From: Escherichia phage KIT06
Sequence record: OQ349392.1
DNA length: 64,000 bases
Direction: 5' to 3' (one strand)
This document shows positions 46,759 through 58,235 of the stretch, in pieces. Numbering within the stretch: the first letter of the stretch is position 1; each line of letters opens with the position of its first letter. The position numbers and the translations under genes were made by a program. The notes beneath the pieces were generated by a model. It ran no database searches and was not told the origin of the DNA. It saw only the letters and a list, made by a program, of their open reading frames with translations.

Positions 46759-48338
46759 TCTTTTACCTTAATTATGTAGTTTAAAGAAATGTTCCATGGA
46801 CGTGTTTCATTTCCAATTAATTCAGGACGATTTAATGTATATTTGGAATTTCGTTGTGATGCTGGGTCAATTTCATATCCATCATTGGTGAAGTATGAAC
46901 GGTTATCCCAGTCAAGTCCTTTACGTGTACCAACAAAATTTGATCTACGGGTATTACCGAATGCTCCAGAATCATCATGCTCACCAAATCCGCCAGCGTG
47001 TTTATGATAAGACATCTGTTGTTTTTGTACTTCACCAACATATCCACCGGTACAACCTACACCTAATCTAGGTTTACCGAATTGGTCATTACCATTAACA
47101 TTTGGATTTGTTAAGTGAGAGCCACGACCAGAACCACGAACAAAAAGACCACGCATATCAGGTAATCCAGGATTTGATGAGCTTCCGCCGTATCTTGTTC
47201 CAATTCTAGAAGCATATAATGGGCAATCCGACGCTGAAACAGTTCCACCATGACAGAAGCGCCAAGCATCACTAGGAAGACTATCTGCCGCCCACATCAT
47301 AATAGCTCCGACAGGAATAGTTCTATCTATTTCATTCTGTGTTACAACACGCTTACCCTGAATATAACCACCGGTCATGTTAACTGTTCCGGTAATATTT
47401 GCTCCGCCTGAAGCTATTGTGAGCGTATTATTAATGCGAAGTGTTCCATTAATCGTTTGACCACCTCTTTGGTGGATAACGTCAGCATTCCAAGCTAGTG
47501 CTGATGAAGCATCACCCCCACTCTGTGAGCCGGCGGTTGTAGTTAATTTAACTACGCCTCTCATTGACGTTGTAGAACCACGACCATTAAGAGTTGCGCC
47601 AGTAACCGCAACAGAAGCATTATTCGAGTTAACTTCTGATTGTGTTCCTAATTTAATTACGCCTTTATATTCTTCAGTAGCAGTAGAATTCATTAGCGTA
47701 TAAGGAGAAATTGCATAGCCTTCTCTTAATGTTCCTTGACGAACTTGAGCTACTGTCGCTAATTGAACAACACCTTGGGCCGATTCGGTAGCTGTGGATT
47801 CAGAAGGAGCGATTTGCGCAATTAGTTTAATAGCTAACTGCTGTGTTTTTAATGGAGTCATTGCAGTAGTATCATCAGCACCTGCCAATGCTTGTGGCAA
47901 TGACGAAATTTTAATAACTCCATTCTTTGATTCAGTTGAAACGCGTGTTTCAAAGGCGTTATTAAGGGCAACAGTAAATTTAGCAGGAGTTATAGAAGAT
48001 TCATTATTAACTCCGGCAATTGCTTCATCATTGGTTGAATATCTTGTTAATCCGTAAACGGTTTCAGTTGCGTTTGGATAAGATAATCTTGTTGCCAATG
48101 TTGCGGGTGTAACTGCTTTGGTATTATCAGTTCCGTCGATAACTTCCTGTTCAGTGGCAAGAAATAAAATTCCTTTTGTTGTTGATGATGCATCAGGAAC
48201 TCCATTTACACCAGCAGGAGAAATGGCTGCTATAGCAGCCTGAACATCAGTAATCTCTGCCGGAAAATTTGTACCAGTTGGATCAAATTTTACATAGCGA
48301 GATTCATTAGAAACGTGTTGATATGTATTATTACTCAT
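46755..48338 (-). CDS. 12: Short tail fiber gp12, 527 aa
   Basis: Length and synteny. Confidence 0.9.
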   Translation of the reverse strand: MSNNTYQHVSNESRYVKFDPTGTNFPAEITDVQAAIAAISPAGVNGVPDASSTTKGILFLATEQEVIDGTDNTKAVTPATLATRLSYPNATETVYGLTRYSTNDEAIAGVNNESSITPAKFTVALNNAFETRVSTESKNGVIKISSLPQALAGADDTTAMTPLKTQQLAIKLIAQIAPSESTATESAQGVVQLATVAQVRQGTLREGYAISPYTLMNSTATEEYKGVIKLGTQSEVNSNNASVAVTGATLNGRGSTTSMRGVVKLTTTAGSQSGGDASSALAWNADVIHQRGGQTINGTLRINNTLTIASGGANITGTVNMTGGYIQGKRVVTQNEIDRTIPVGAIMMWAADSLPSDAWRFCHGGTVSASDCPLYASRIGTRYGGSSSNPGLPDMRGLFVRGSGRGSHLTNPNVNGNDQFGKPRLGVGCTGGYVGEVQKQQMSYHKHAGGFGEHDDSGAFGNTRRSNFVGTRKGLDWDNRSYFTNDGYEIDPASQRNSKYTLNRPELIGNETRPWNISLNYIIKVKE

Positions 48339-48994
48339 GCTGTTCTCTCAAAATGATAAAGTACTATTGGAGTTTGCTGATTATCTAAAGTTACAGTTTG
48401 TGCACCAAGCAAATTCCATGTGCCATATCCAGGCTTAGATTCTGAAATAATTTCTTGGGAAATAGTTATTCCATATGTGGAATATGTGCTTAATACATGT
48501 TTTTGATTATCTAAATAAGTAACTTCTAATTTACTACCGTCAGTTGGATGGTCTTTATATGAATTGATAGCAGTAAATGACGCAATAGCTTCTTGCAGTG
48601 CAACACGAACTTTGGCGACAAACTCAATAGCTGTCATTCCAGTTGTTGCTGAAACTGGAAGACCAAATACTAATACAGTAACAGGAGAACCAGGAGGAAG
48701 CGAATCATCTGTCACAGTTCCTGAAAATGCCCAATAATCAGTTTGAGAAACACCCTCAGGAGAAACACCAGTTTTATTAGTAATAATTGTACCAACGTCT
48801 TTTATAGAAAAATTATGAACGTCATTAATAGCTGATTCTACGTTTGGTTCATAAAATCCTTTAGCTAATTGAGAAATTGTCACTGACCCAACTGATTGAC
48901 GATTCATTACATCGATGTCGCCAGTTTTAGGTCTAAAACCAAGAAAATCGGCTAAGCGGGAAATAACTCCCGCTTTATTATTAAGTAAACTCAT
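48335..48994 (-). CDS. 11: Baseplate wedge / short tail fiber attachment protein gp11, 219 aa
   Basis: ORF track 48335..49012 trimmed to [20 protein letters not shown] as remembered for T4 gp11; start overlaps gene 10 stop. Confidence 0.9.
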   Translation of the reverse strand: MSLLNNKAGVISRLADFLGFRPKTGDIDVMNRQSVGSVTISQLAKGFYEPNVESAINDVHNFSIKDVGTIITNKTGVSPEGVSQTDYWAFSGTVTDDSLPPGSPVTVLVFGLPVSATTGMTAIEFVAKVRVALQEAIASFTAINSYKDHPTDGSKLEVTYLDNQKHVLSTYSTYGITISQEIISESKPGYGTWNLLGAQTVTLDNQQTPIVLYHFERTA

Positions 48995-50802
48995 TATGCA
49001 ATCCTTATCCAACGATAAACTGTAATATATGGTTGAATGTTAGTTATTGATGTTGGCGGAGTGTGAGTAGAGTTAGTAGATGCTTTAGCTTCACGGTATT
49101 TCGTGTAAACTGGACCGGATTCATCTGGGTCGTATTGACATCCACCAACAATGACTGATCCATTTTCATCAACTATTAGAACTTCTTCATCCGTTTCAGT
49201 TGCAGGAAGATTAGCATTTTCCAATGTAACAGAAGTAGAACCGCCTGTTCCACCCGCAGTATGTGAAGGATTTCCACCCGAATCTAAATCGTTGTTATTT
49301 AGAGCAAAGTTAGGGTCCGAAATATCTTCATTCCATCCAACTAAAACTTTTCCTTGCCCAAATAATTTCCATGAGCCGAATCCCATATATGTAACAGGGT
49401 TATTTGGATTAACAGCGTTTTCATATATAGTTCCAATAGGATAAATCGTATCAAAGATATTTGAAACAGCATTAAATTCGCGTTGATAGGATTGAACTGC
49501 TTCTACATTTGGCCAACCAATTTTATCGAAGTCTGTTAAATTTACATCACCGGAAATATCTACTCCCGGTCCTTGTGATACATAAAGATTATCAGTTTCA
49601 TCAATAATCTCATCTTTTGTTAATAATGTACCTAAATCATTATTAAACCAGGTGATATTGATAATGTCACCATGCTCAAATACTCTATCGAAATGTAAAA
49701 TTTCCGGTATGCCGTTTTCATCAGTTTCAACTGAATAATCGGTATGAGACTGTTCCCAAGTTCCACCTAGAACAGCGCATTCTACTTCATCGTCTGAATC
49801 AGCACCAACACAATGAAATAATGGCATTCCAACTGTTCCAGCCAATTCTTGTAAAATTCCATTAAAACGAACCTCAAGAGAATTAGGATTAATAGGTTCA
49901 CCTGGAATTAATCCAAAAGCTGAAAATGGAATTGATTTCATTGTTGATAAATCAGTAACGTAAATGCTTCCTTCTAAAGAAGTTTTTGACGTTAATTTTG
50001 AATCTAACAGTCTAATTTGGCGTCTTGTATATGAACTTCTCCATTGTGATACACCATCCATAAATGTTTCAATTTGAACAGTGTCACCAATATTACAAGG
50101 CTGTCTTAATCGAATATTAAATCCATCAAGAGGAACCAGTTCTCCTTCATTTTCGCCCGGAGAGCCAAAATCGCTGTTTTCACTAAATACATCGCCGTAA
50201 TACAATTCGTTACCACGATGTTTTACTCTGATGTTATTTACATTATAACTAGTTCCACGGAAAACATCTAAAAAGTCTGTTTGTCCTTGGACTTCGACTA
50301 AAAATTCTTTACGAGCTACATTACTAATGTCTGAACTGGTAATTTTGTCAATTTGCTTATTTTTGACATATTCCCAACGTCCTGGGGCGCAATACACTAA
50401 TTCCAAATCGCTGAATTGAACATTAATTTCAACTGGTACTGCAGACCCTTTAATCGTATCGCCGGAAGCAGCTACTAATGTAACTGGGTTGACGTTCCAT
50501 GTAGCAAATACGTCTCTAGCTCTAATTACCTTGTTGTAATCATTGACAGTTCCTTTTGGAAGATTTATAGTTACTCTTCCAGAAGAGGTATTAATAGCGT
50601 ATGATTTTCCCCACTCAGCTTTTAGTGTTTGGCCAGATGAAGCATCATAAGTTTTCCAGGCACCGGCTGAATATGGAACATCTCCATCACCAAGCTCGTA
50701 ATAAAGCTCATCAAAGTTTTCATTTATTTTTATACCACCTTTACGCAGGTAGTCACCGGTACCATCATCAACAACATTACCGATATTAATATTTTGTTTC
50801 AT
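48994..50802 (-). CDS. 10: Baseplate wedge protein gp10, 602 aa
   Basis: Length and synteny. Confidence 0.9.
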   Translation of the reverse strand: MKQNINIGNVVDDGTGDYLRKGGIKINENFDELYYELGDGDVPYSAGAWKTYDASSGQTLKAEWGKSYAINTSSGRVTINLPKGTVNDYNKVIRARDVFATWNVNPVTLVAASGDTIKGSAVPVEINVQFSDLELVYCAPGRWEYVKNKQIDKITSSDISNVARKEFLVEVQGQTDFLDVFRGTSYNVNNIRVKHRGNELYYGDVFSENSDFGSPGENEGELVPLDGFNIRLRQPCNIGDTVQIETFMDGVSQWRSSYTRRQIRLLDSKLTSKTSLEGSIYVTDLSTMKSIPFSAFGLIPGEPINPNSLEVRFNGILQELAGTVGMPLFHCVGADSDDEVECAVLGGTWEQSHTDYSVETDENGIPEILHFDRVFEHGDIINITWFNNDLGTLLTKDEIIDETDNLYVSQGPGVDISGDVNLTDFDKIGWPNVEAVQSYQREFNAVSNIFDTIYPIGTIYENAVNPNNPVTYMGFGSWKLFGQGKVLVGWNEDISDPNFALNNNDLDSGGNPSHTAGGTGGSTSVTLENANLPATETDEEVLIVDENGSVIVGGCQYDPDESGPVYTKYREAKASTNSTHTPPTSITNIQPYITVYRWIRIA

Positions 50803-51668
50803 TATTGAGCCACCCCGATTTTCTGCGTAGCGATAACTTTAACTGCTGCTCTCATACCGACAGTTGAAGAACTTATAGTCGCCGTTACATAATTTTCTTT
50901 AATACTAAATGCAATGTTAGCGATTTCGTCTTCTTCGGTTTCATTCCCAACTCGCATGACAGCATATTCAGAAGAAATGACCTCTGAATTAACAGTATCC
51001 ACAAGAATATTTATTTCTGCCGTTTTAATTTTTCTTCCATCTACTGATTGGCATGTAACTAACAATTTAGCCATGTTATATTCAGTACGATGAAATAGTG
51101 GAATATCAACTGATCCGGATGTAGAAATATTCCATGTACCTTCAGCTGGCGATTCCTTTTGACCAAACATACTTTCAATAGAATAATTCCAAACTGATGT
51201 AGAATTATCAGATGAAATACAACGTAAAGTTACTTTACTATATGGGCTAGTTACTACCAAATTACCTGAAACACCTTTAATTGAATCAATAGCTTGAATC
51301 GTTAAAGGATTAGTAACTGATATTGATCCATTTGAGTTAATAAATTCAACGCAGTCGCCAAGTTCGCCTCTTTCAATGATAACTTTAACACCTACAGTAG
51401 AGGTATCAATATCATGTCTAGTGCCAACTTTTACTGGAGTTGCGTACTCTGCGATAGAGTGTTTTTGATAATATCCAGTAGCATGGATAATTTGGCCATC
51501 TGCTCCAGTGCCATTTGCTACTGCCATTTTACGTTGATCGCCAAACGCATTATAAATTGCGTTAAAATCACTATTAATTTTATTACCACCGTCGAATAAG
51601 ATATCACCAGTAGAAGCGTTACCAATTTCGCCGGTATCAATCAATTTCTTTGGTTCTTGAATGAACAT
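50802..51668 (-). CDS. 9: Baseplate wedge protein gp9 (long tail fiber socket), 288 aa
   Basis: Length and synteny; late promoter upstream. Confidence 0.9.
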   Translation of the reverse strand: MFIQEPKKLIDTGEIGNASTGDILFDGGNKINSDFNAIYNAFGDQRKMAVANGTGADGQIIHATGYYQKHSIAEYATPVKVGTRHDIDTSTVGVKVIIERGELGDCVEFINSNGSISVTNPLTIQAIDSIKGVSGNLVVTSPYSKVTLRCISSDNSTSVWNYSIESMFGQKESPAEGTWNISTSGSVDIPLFHRTEYNMAKLLVTCQSVDGRKIKTAEINILVDTVNSEVISSEYAVMRVGNETEEDEIANIAFSIKENYVTATISSSTVGMRAAVKVIATQKIGVAQ

Positions 51669-51692
51669 AGCGGTTTCCTTATGAGTTTATAG

Positions 51693-51700
51693 TATTTATA
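51693..51700 (-). promoter_or_regulatory. Late promoter TATAAATA (minus strand) for gene 9
   Basis: Plus strand TATTTATA about 25 nt upstream of gene 9 start. Confidence 0.55.
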
Positions 51701-51708
51701 AAGAAAAA

Positions 51709-51726
51709 GGGAGCCCATGGGCTCCC
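51709..51726 (-). terminator. Perfect palindrome GGGAGCCC-AT-GGGCTCCC after gene 8, followed (minus strand) by TTTTCTTT
   Basis: 8-bp GC-rich stem plus U-run on the minus strand: intrinsic terminator. Confidence 0.6.
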
Positions 51727-51731
51727 TTAAT

Positions 51732-52736
51732 TTAAAATGTAAACAGAATATTGATTTCTTCTGTTTGATCCATTGCCATGATAATAGGTGGCCTATTTTC
51801 CATATAAATCATTTCGCCCGAATGCCTCATTAAATCTTCCGGATCATAATAATCCTTTTCAGCTTTAACGTTTGGGTCATTTGGATGAGCTTTAGCTTCA
51901 AGAGGATTCGTGATTATTGATATTTGTCTAAATCCTTTATTTCCTGGCAATGCAGCTTCAGGAAAATAAACTGAATCTAAATATGCTTTAAAACGGATAG
52001 TATTTGCCTTAACCCGATAAATTAATCCAAAATCGTCTTGTTGCCAAGTGAGATTATCTTCATATCCCCATCTAGTCGGGTCTTCTTTTAATTCCTCAGG
52101 CCAAGGAACCACGATATATTCATTCGTACATCTATTTATAGATACATCAGGCGGAATCTCAAATAGATATTCCCACACATACCCGTCTCCGGGTTCAATT
52201 GTTCCTTCAGCATCTCCTCGACCTTCAGGAGGAGTCATTGACCTAGCAGAAGGAGTCCATTTTCCACCTAACTTAAGGCATTCATCCTTATCAGTTAAAG
52301 ATGCTATTGAACACATTCCTGTGTCAGGAACATCTAAACAACGATATACTAACCAGCCTGCGCCTGATTCGGTAGCATTGTAAGGAGCTGAGTTACACAC
52401 TACAATATCATTAATTCTAAATGTGTATGGATCCGGATATCTAGTATCTCCCCAATCTCTGCGAGGAATAACTGCATCAAGCATTGATGGAAGAACTTTT
52501 ACTGTTCCCATCATATGAGTCCACATGTCAGTTACACCTAATACAGAATCGGTAGGATAAGGTGGGGCAAAGCCCACCTCATTTTCATTTGATGACCACG
52601 GTTCTGATCTTCCAAATGTGATAAAGATAGTGTTTTTATCCGGACCACTTCCAATTGAATTATAAAAATTCAACATTTTTTCTGTTCTAAATTTTGAAGT
52701 AACTATCGCACGATAGATAACACTTGAATCATTCAT
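51732..52736 (-). CDS. 8: Baseplate wedge protein gp8, 334 aa
   Basis: Length and synteny; followed by perfect palindromic terminator. Confidence 0.9.
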   Translation of the reverse strand: MNDSSVIYRAIVTSKFRTEKMLNFYNSIGSGPDKNTIFITFGRSEPWSSNENEVGFAPPYPTDSVLGVTDMWTHMMGTVKVLPSMLDAVIPRRDWGDTRYPDPYTFRINDIVVCNSAPYNATESGAGWLVYRCLDVPDTGMCSIASLTDKDECLKLGGKWTPSARSMTPPEGRGDAEGTIEPGDGYVWEYLFEIPPDVSINRCTNEYIVVPWPEELKEDPTRWGYEDNLTWQQDDFGLIYRVKANTIRFKAYLDSVYFPEAALPGNKGFRQISIITNPLEAKAHPNDPNVKAEKDYYDPEDLMRHSGEMIYMENRPPIIMAMDQTEEINILFTF

Positions 52737-53808
52737 CTATTTTAACCTGTGTTGGATTTTCAGGGTCTCTTGGATTTCCTATATCGTCTTTTAGACGTTT
52801 ATTAACTAAATCCCTAAATTGTGCAAATGTTGTTCCAGATGCATCAAATAAAGGACTCATTAATTTACGTCGTTCAGACGGCAATTGACCTTGAAATATT
52901 GAATTATTATTTTCAGCATTATAGTCATCAGGAAGAGGATATTTTACACCAGCCATTGGGCCAGGTTCATAAATTGCTTCGCCTGTTACCGAATCATGCT
53001 CAATTTCACCAGCTGGAGTCAATTTAGCTACTCTATCAGCATATTCAGTAGGCAATCCAGAATCCCATTTATAGTTTTTGTATTTATTAATTATAGTCTC
53101 TGTATGTTTAAGAGTTAAACCAACATTAATAAACATCGTTAAAAGAGTAATTGCTATAAATCCAAATCCTACTGGATGAACAAAACGAATAACGTCGGAT
53201 TTCCAGCGGGAAGAAGGCAAATTGGATTTAATTTTCATTACATAATATGATCGACTTCTATTAATATAGTCTATATTATTTTGAAGCAAATCCTTCCCTT
53301 TAACTCCACGAATAATTTCGCCTTCAAAACTAGGGAGTCTTTCTGCTTTAACTTCTTGACCGGCAATTAATCTTCCTAAAAGATTATGAATAGTTACAGT
53401 CCATTGCAATTTACCGTTAGAATAACTTCTTTCTATATAAGTAACATTACATCTTCCTGTGGCTGTATAAATCGTTTGTCCTACTAAGTCTTCAGTCAAA
53501 GAATCAGATTGAACGATTATATCATATTCAGTACCAGCCCCAGATTCAATTTCAATTTCAACCTCTTCATTATAAAGAACTTTAAAAAGAAATTTGTATG
53601 ATGCTTCAATTCCTTTAGTAGAATAAAAATCATAGCTACGTGATTCGAAAAATCTTGGTACCAGCCCCAGATTCAATTTCAATTTCAACCTCTTCATTAT
53701 AAAGAACTTTAAAAAGAAATTTGTATGATGCTTCAATTCCTTTAGTAGAATAAAAATCATAGCTACGTGATTCGAAAAATCTTGCAACAGCATCACGTTT
53801 GTCAGCAT
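52729..53808 (-). CDS. 7: Baseplate wedge protein gp7, C-terminal portion in the other frame (no independent start expected)
   Basis: 359-aa ORF whose residues 52 onward (RFFESRSYDFYSTKGIEASYKFLFKVLYNEEVEIEIESGAGTEYDIIVQ...) continue the gp7 sequence; first 51 residues are out-of-frame read-through of the duplicated unit. Confidence 0.8.
   Translation of the reverse strand: MLTNVMLLQDFSNHVAMIFILLKELKHHTNFFLKFFIMKRLKLKLNLGLVPRFFESRSYDFYSTKGIEASYKFLFKVLYNEEVEIEIESGAGTEYDIIVQSDSLTEDLVGQTIYTATGRCNVTYIERSYSNGKLQWTVTIHNLLGRLIAGQEVKAERLPSFEGEIIRGVKGKDLLQNNIDYINRSRSYYVMKIKSNLPSSRWKSDVIRFVHPVGFGFIAITLLTMFINVGLTLKHTETIINKYKNYKWDSGLPTEYADRVAKLTPAGEIEHDSVTGEAIYEPGPMAGVKYPLPDDYNAENNNSIFQGQLPSERRKLMSPLFDASGTTFAQFRDLVNKRLKDDIGNPRDPENPTQVKIDE
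53531..53784 (-). repeat. Perfect tandem duplication, 2 x 127 bp (53531-53657 and 53658-53784), inside gene 7
   Basis: Both units read base by base and found identical; 127 is not a multiple of 3, so the second unit shifts the gp7 frame. Confidence 0.9.
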
Positions 53809-55954
53809 TTAAATAAATGTTTCTTTTATATATCTCTGACCACAAATATTCCCATGCATGCTCTTCTCGTGGATATTTGTTACGAATTAAATTTCGTAAA
53901 TTGTTATATTGGGTTCCATATCCATCAGAAAGATATTGAATATATGCTTCGCAAAATGCCTCAAAATTCGAATCCTGTAACAAATAAGAATCAGGCATCA
54001 TTGTGCCAATCAATGGTCTTAAATCAGGGTCAGCTAATCCACGCTCTTCTTCAGGCGACCAAGGAGTTTCATGCTCTTGGTTTTGTAAAAATGCTTTTAA
54101 AAATACTTCAGTTGGCTTCCAAATAATTTCTACAGTGTCTCTAACACGATAGTTAAAATCATAGTAAGAAATTATTTCACCAGAAGCTTTATAGAAAAGC
54201 ATCCCAGATGCATATTTTTTAAATCCAGTGAATTTAACATTTGGCATTACTATAGTGCAATCGCCATCGTCCCAATATTCATGAACTAATCTATCTGGTG
54301 ATGTTTCCGGAATATTTTCTATAACTTTAGTGTATTTTAAATCAGCATAAACTACTACAACCCTATCAGAGTTGTTTATCCAACAACGTGTGTTAGATTT
54401 TTTAGACCAGTTAAAGAATGGTTCAGCGTAGTATTTCATCGGCTGAGGAGTAAAAGTTTCCCAATCAGACTTTTCATCTGCTATAAATGCCATCATATGA
54501 TAATGCTTATCAGCTAGCCATTCACGAGGAAATTCATATTTAACGGCACCGATTAACTGATATTTTGCTGCAGTTTCAGGGTCATTAACAACATTATCAC
54601 TTAAAAATTTAAAATTACTCGATGATAGAGAAACTAATTTACCATCAGTTGACATATTCGCATACCCTGGTTGAATACGTCTTCTTTCTTCTTCAGTGTT
54701 GCCAAAAACTCTTTTCCATGTTTTTGTGTCATGATTTAAAACATATATTCCTTTATCAGCAGAATCAATTATTTTTGATGTTCTAGGATTAGCATTTAAT
54801 GTTTCAACTTCACCAATAATAAGAGCAAAAACTTTATCACCGACAGAATCCATTTTATAGCATACTGCTTTAGGATTTCCGGTTATAGTCATAGTATCAG
54901 GTTCAAAAAGTCTTTCCGAATATGTCGGAGATAATGGATCAGAATCTATAGGTGCATTACTCGTTTTTATGTATCTAACTTTGTCTCTGGCGACAACGTA
55001 AATGTAATCATCGGTGCAAGTAATAGCTTCTGCAATGCGATATACATTAGCTGGTAAAGTCGCGTAAGTGGCAAAAATTTCTACATCAAATCCTAGATGT
55101 AATTGGTCACCGAGTTTAGCGAATGTTATATCCTGCGAACTAAATCTGACATCATCAGCTGACCATCTAACATCAGTCGATTTGCGGCCATAGAAAATCT
55201 TGTCGTATCCTAGAACGTATGTTGTGTTCGCAGATTGGTAATATACTGTCTTAGATAAAGGATATCCTACGCGGTCATTGAAGAGCTTTACAGCTTTCCA
55301 GGTTTGTCCTTTATCATTAGATACTTTAACTACAGGTTGATAACGCTCAAAAAGATATAGAATCCCTTCTGATTCCATCAAATAAACTCGGTTAATATCC
55401 TTACATACTTGCTGAATAGAACCTTGTATTTCATGATACTCATTTTCACCAATAATAAAATTACTTATTGATGAAACATCAACATATGATGGGCTGAATT
55501 GAAACGATTCATTCATCAATGCAGCCATTATAGTGTCATTGTTAAAATTGACATAATCAGAATTATTAAGAGTAAATTTTTCCTGAATGAATTTATTAGC
55601 TAATTGCATTTCAATCATGTTTTGAAATGTATAAGCATTTGTAGCAAAAGTTTCAAACTCTTCGGTATAAATCCAATCAGACTGCTCAAAATCTTGTGCA
55701 GCTGTAGCTACTCTAATAACGTATGATGTCAATGGGTCAGCATCATCAAAAAAGAAGCTGTTATTTGCAGTATATCCTAAGTTAATCCATCTGTATTGAT
55801 TACTCGGGAGATTTTCCCCCGAGTTTGTTTTTGTCTCAGCGATTTCTACAAAATAGTAGAAATTAGCACCAACGTCATCCCAGCGTACTTGCACCTGATT
55901 TGCGGATAACTTGGAAATTCTGAGACTAGTGACTGAAGGTGCTTTTACTGTCAT
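53636..55954 (-). CDS. 7: Baseplate wedge protein gp7, N-terminal portion truncated by frameshift (765 native residues plus 7 out-of-frame residues)
   Basis: 772-aa ORF ending ...ESGAGTKIFRIT; the last in-frame residues are the second copy of a duplicated 42-aa peptide; removing 127 bp restores one 1032-codon ORF, the remembered length of T4 gp7. Confidence 0.85.
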   Translation of the reverse strand: MTVKAPSVTSLRISKLSANQVQVRWDDVGANFYYFVEIAETKTNSGENLPSNQYRWINLGYTANNSFFFDDADPLTSYVIRVATAAQDFEQSDWIYTEEFETFATNAYTFQNMIEMQLANKFIQEKFTLNNSDYVNFNNDTIMAALMNESFQFSPSYVDVSSISNFIIGENEYHEIQGSIQQVCKDINRVYLMESEGILYLFERYQPVVKVSNDKGQTWKAVKLFNDRVGYPLSKTVYYQSANTTYVLGYDKIFYGRKSTDVRWSADDVRFSSQDITFAKLGDQLHLGFDVEIFATYATLPANVYRIAEAITCTDDYIYVVARDKVRYIKTSNAPIDSDPLSPTYSERLFEPDTMTITGNPKAVCYKMDSVGDKVFALIIGEVETLNANPRTSKIIDSADKGIYVLNHDTKTWKRVFGNTEEERRRIQPGYANMSTDGKLVSLSSSNFKFLSDNVVNDPETAAKYQLIGAVKYEFPREWLADKHYHMMAFIADEKSDWETFTPQPMKYYAEPFFNWSKKSNTRCWINNSDRVVVVYADLKYTKVIENIPETSPDRLVHEYWDDGDCTIVMPNVKFTGFKKYASGMLFYKASGEIISYYDFNYRVRDTVEIIWKPTEVFLKAFLQNQEHETPWSPEEERGLADPDLRPLIGTMMPDSYLLQDSNFEAFCEAYIQYLSDGYGTQYNNLRNLIRNKYPREEHAWEYLWSEIYKRNIYLNADKRDAVARFFESRSYDFYSTKGIEASYKFLFKVLYNEEVEIEIESGAGTKIFRIT

Positions 55955-57933
55955 TGTGATATAGGCTCCAAATCGATAGTTAAGTATTGTGGACGTAAGT
56001 CATTTTCAAATACAATCAGTGAACCATCGCGAGTAAAGATAACATCATCGGTTGGGTCAGAATATAATTCAATAGTCTGAACTTCAAATTTTTCAGATGT
56101 TAAATTAATTTTAGCGATATTCCAATAAATCACATCAGCTGGATAATTTATTTCACCGATAACATAGTATTTGTCGCGTCCATCAGAATTTGCTAATTTG
56201 TTAAAATCGTTGCCTGTATACGGCTGAATGTTTTCATTTTCTGTAACATCGCCAGAAGCAAATGGACCAATAATAACTTTACCAATTCCTTTAGAATCTC
56301 GGTCTGTTGATACTATGCGAACGTCATATAATACATCTTCTTCTAAACCAGTATCAGGATTTACAACCTTTCGTCCAGAATTAAATGAAAACGTATTAGA
56401 TTCCATAGAACGATCTTTTATTTGATTATTGTATTTAATACCTGCTTCAGGCGTTTTATAGAAGTTTTGTACTTCACGAACAATTTGAATTGTCGCTGAT
56501 GAACCAATGATAGAATGATCTGCATCATCTACATATGTCAACATCTTAGATTTAGCGAAAGATGAGTTAAAAATTTCTACGTCTTCGGTATAATAACGAT
56601 CAATTTTATCAATTATTTGACCTTCAAGCCACTGTTCGGATTCTTGCAGCTTATTTAAAGCATATGTGACTTTTAAATTAGTCTTAATAAAAAGATAATT
56701 AGGAGAAATAATTGATGGCGTAATAGGAGCTAAATTATAGTCTTTGAGATAATTTTTAATATCTTCGCGTTGTACAGTAGTTAAATACAACCCTGATTTA
56801 GGTTTAGCAGCAATAAATGCATAACCAGGTTTAGTAGAATCAGTGAAAGTCTGAACTGCTTGAATAATAGAACCAAATCTCTCTGAAACGAATGTATCAT
56901 AGTCAGTCGCAGTTACGCAGCGTTGCTGGGTTTCACGTTTAATAGTACCCAATTCGCGAATACGTTCAATATCTTCTGGGTCACCGCCGCCATCTGCCCC
57001 AACAAAATCTGGGTCATCGTTTGGATTTTCATTAATGTTGATGACAGTTATATTTGTTAATGTATCTGCGTATGAAAATCCGACTGCGCCATTCGCATCG
57101 GCACCGTTAGTACTGATGTACTCAATAACAATCGTAGAGTTCTGGGTAGGTTTAAGACCTCCAATGTAATTAGCGGTCAATGCTCCTTCTGCCGCATTAA
57201 CAGAAATCTCACCTTCACCAAAATAAAATTCAGTATTTCCATCAATAGTTTCACGCATGTAGTAAATTGTTGATGTAGAACCAGCATGAACCATTGACTT
57301 TCTTGTCCAGTTAATCCATTCTGCTCCATCAACATACAGCTTAACTTGGTTTCTATCTATATTTTTGTCATAAATGATAATAGGTGTTAATTTATCATAA
57401 ATGATTTCAGTTCTTACTATACGTCCCTGGGCTAATTTTAAACGCGGAAAATATTGGTTATTTTTATCGCGAATAGCAATAACATCTTCGGTAGAGACAA
57501 AGTTATAAGGATTAACAGAAGTATCCTTTGCATATGCTAAAAAGCGAGTACCACGAGGAATAGTAATGTAATTTCTATTCAATGCGTCTGTACAAGTTAG
57601 CATAATTTCAGTTTGAGCAGCTGATTTTGAAGTAGGTAAATATCCATTATCTTGTGCAGCTTGAACTACTGAACTACGTAAGTTAGCAGTACGCATAAAG
57701 CTTTCATACACGGCAGCATTACCAAACTGCTGAATGTATAATGTGTTATAAGCCAAAAGGTCGCACAGAACGTTTAATCTTGAGCCTTCAAAATCATAAT
57801 CCAAAAATTCATTTTGACCATTAAGCCATTCAATGAGGTTTTGTTTTATTTCAGCAAATGTACCCCCGACGAATATCTCGGGAATAGCATTTGCTGTTCT
57901 TGTTAATTGATAATTTACAGGGGTATTTGCCAT
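55951..57933 (-). CDS. 6: Baseplate wedge protein gp6, 660 aa
   Basis: Length and synteny; start overlaps gene 7 stop region. Confidence 0.9.
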   Translation of the reverse strand: MANTPVNYQLTRTANAIPEIFVGGTFAEIKQNLIEWLNGQNEFLDYDFEGSRLNVLCDLLAYNTLYIQQFGNAAVYESFMRTANLRSSVVQAAQDNGYLPTSKSAAQTEIMLTCTDALNRNYITIPRGTRFLAYAKDTSVNPYNFVSTEDVIAIRDKNNQYFPRLKLAQGRIVRTEIIYDKLTPIIIYDKNIDRNQVKLYVDGAEWINWTRKSMVHAGSTSTIYYMRETIDGNTEFYFGEGEISVNAAEGALTANYIGGLKPTQNSTIVIEYISTNGADANGAVGFSYADTLTNITVININENPNDDPDFVGADGGGDPEDIERIRELGTIKRETQQRCVTATDYDTFVSERFGSIIQAVQTFTDSTKPGYAFIAAKPKSGLYLTTVQREDIKNYLKDYNLAPITPSIISPNYLFIKTNLKVTYALNKLQESEQWLEGQIIDKIDRYYTEDVEIFNSSFAKSKMLTYVDDADHSIIGSSATIQIVREVQNFYKTPEAGIKYNNQIKDRSMESNTFSFNSGRKVVNPDTGLEEDVLYDVRIVSTDRDSKGIGKVIIGPFASGDVTENENIQPYTGNDFNKLANSDGRDKYYVIGEINYPADVIYWNIAKINLTSEKFEVQTIELYSDPTDDVIFTRDGSLIVFENDLRPQYLTIDLEPISQ

Positions 57934-57941
57934 TTTAAATC

Positions 57942-58235
57942 CTATTTAATGAATACTTTAGATGATGCCTGAGCCACAGTATCACCGCATGATATTGGAT
58001 CAGCCATTTGAACAGCTTTCTTTCCAGTGACATATACCTTAGAAGTTCTAGGTTGTGTCACTCCGCCATGTGTTTCATATGGCTTTTTAATTTCTGTATG
58101 TTCTGTAATTGGATCACCTGCTACGAGAACAGCAATTCCTCCAGTGAATACTTTACTTTGTGTAGCATTTACAACCGTTGGAGGCCATGCTTCATGGCCG
58201 GCAGTAACACACTTATCATAACTTAATCCTGACAT
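57942..58235 (-). CDS. 5.4: PAAR-repeat spike tip protein gp5.4, 97 aa
   Basis: 97-aa ORF; length and position between gene 5 and gene 6; PAAR fold assignment is from remembered T4 gp5.4. Confidence 0.85.

Noticed and set aside
53531-53784. Programmed ribosomal frameshift as explanation for the split gene 7
   Set aside because: The split coincides exactly with a perfect 127-bp duplication, and removing one unit restores the expected single ORF; no slippery heptamer or downstream pseudoknot is needed to explain it.
58008-58226. Plus-strand ORFs (72 and 64 aa) antisense to gene 5.4, and 59166..59366 antisense to gene 5, as possible origin-E replication genes
   Set aside because: I recall early rep genes associated with T4 oriE near gene 5, but these ORFs lack start context, overlap each other in different frames, and I cannot match them to any remembered sequence; treated as spurious.
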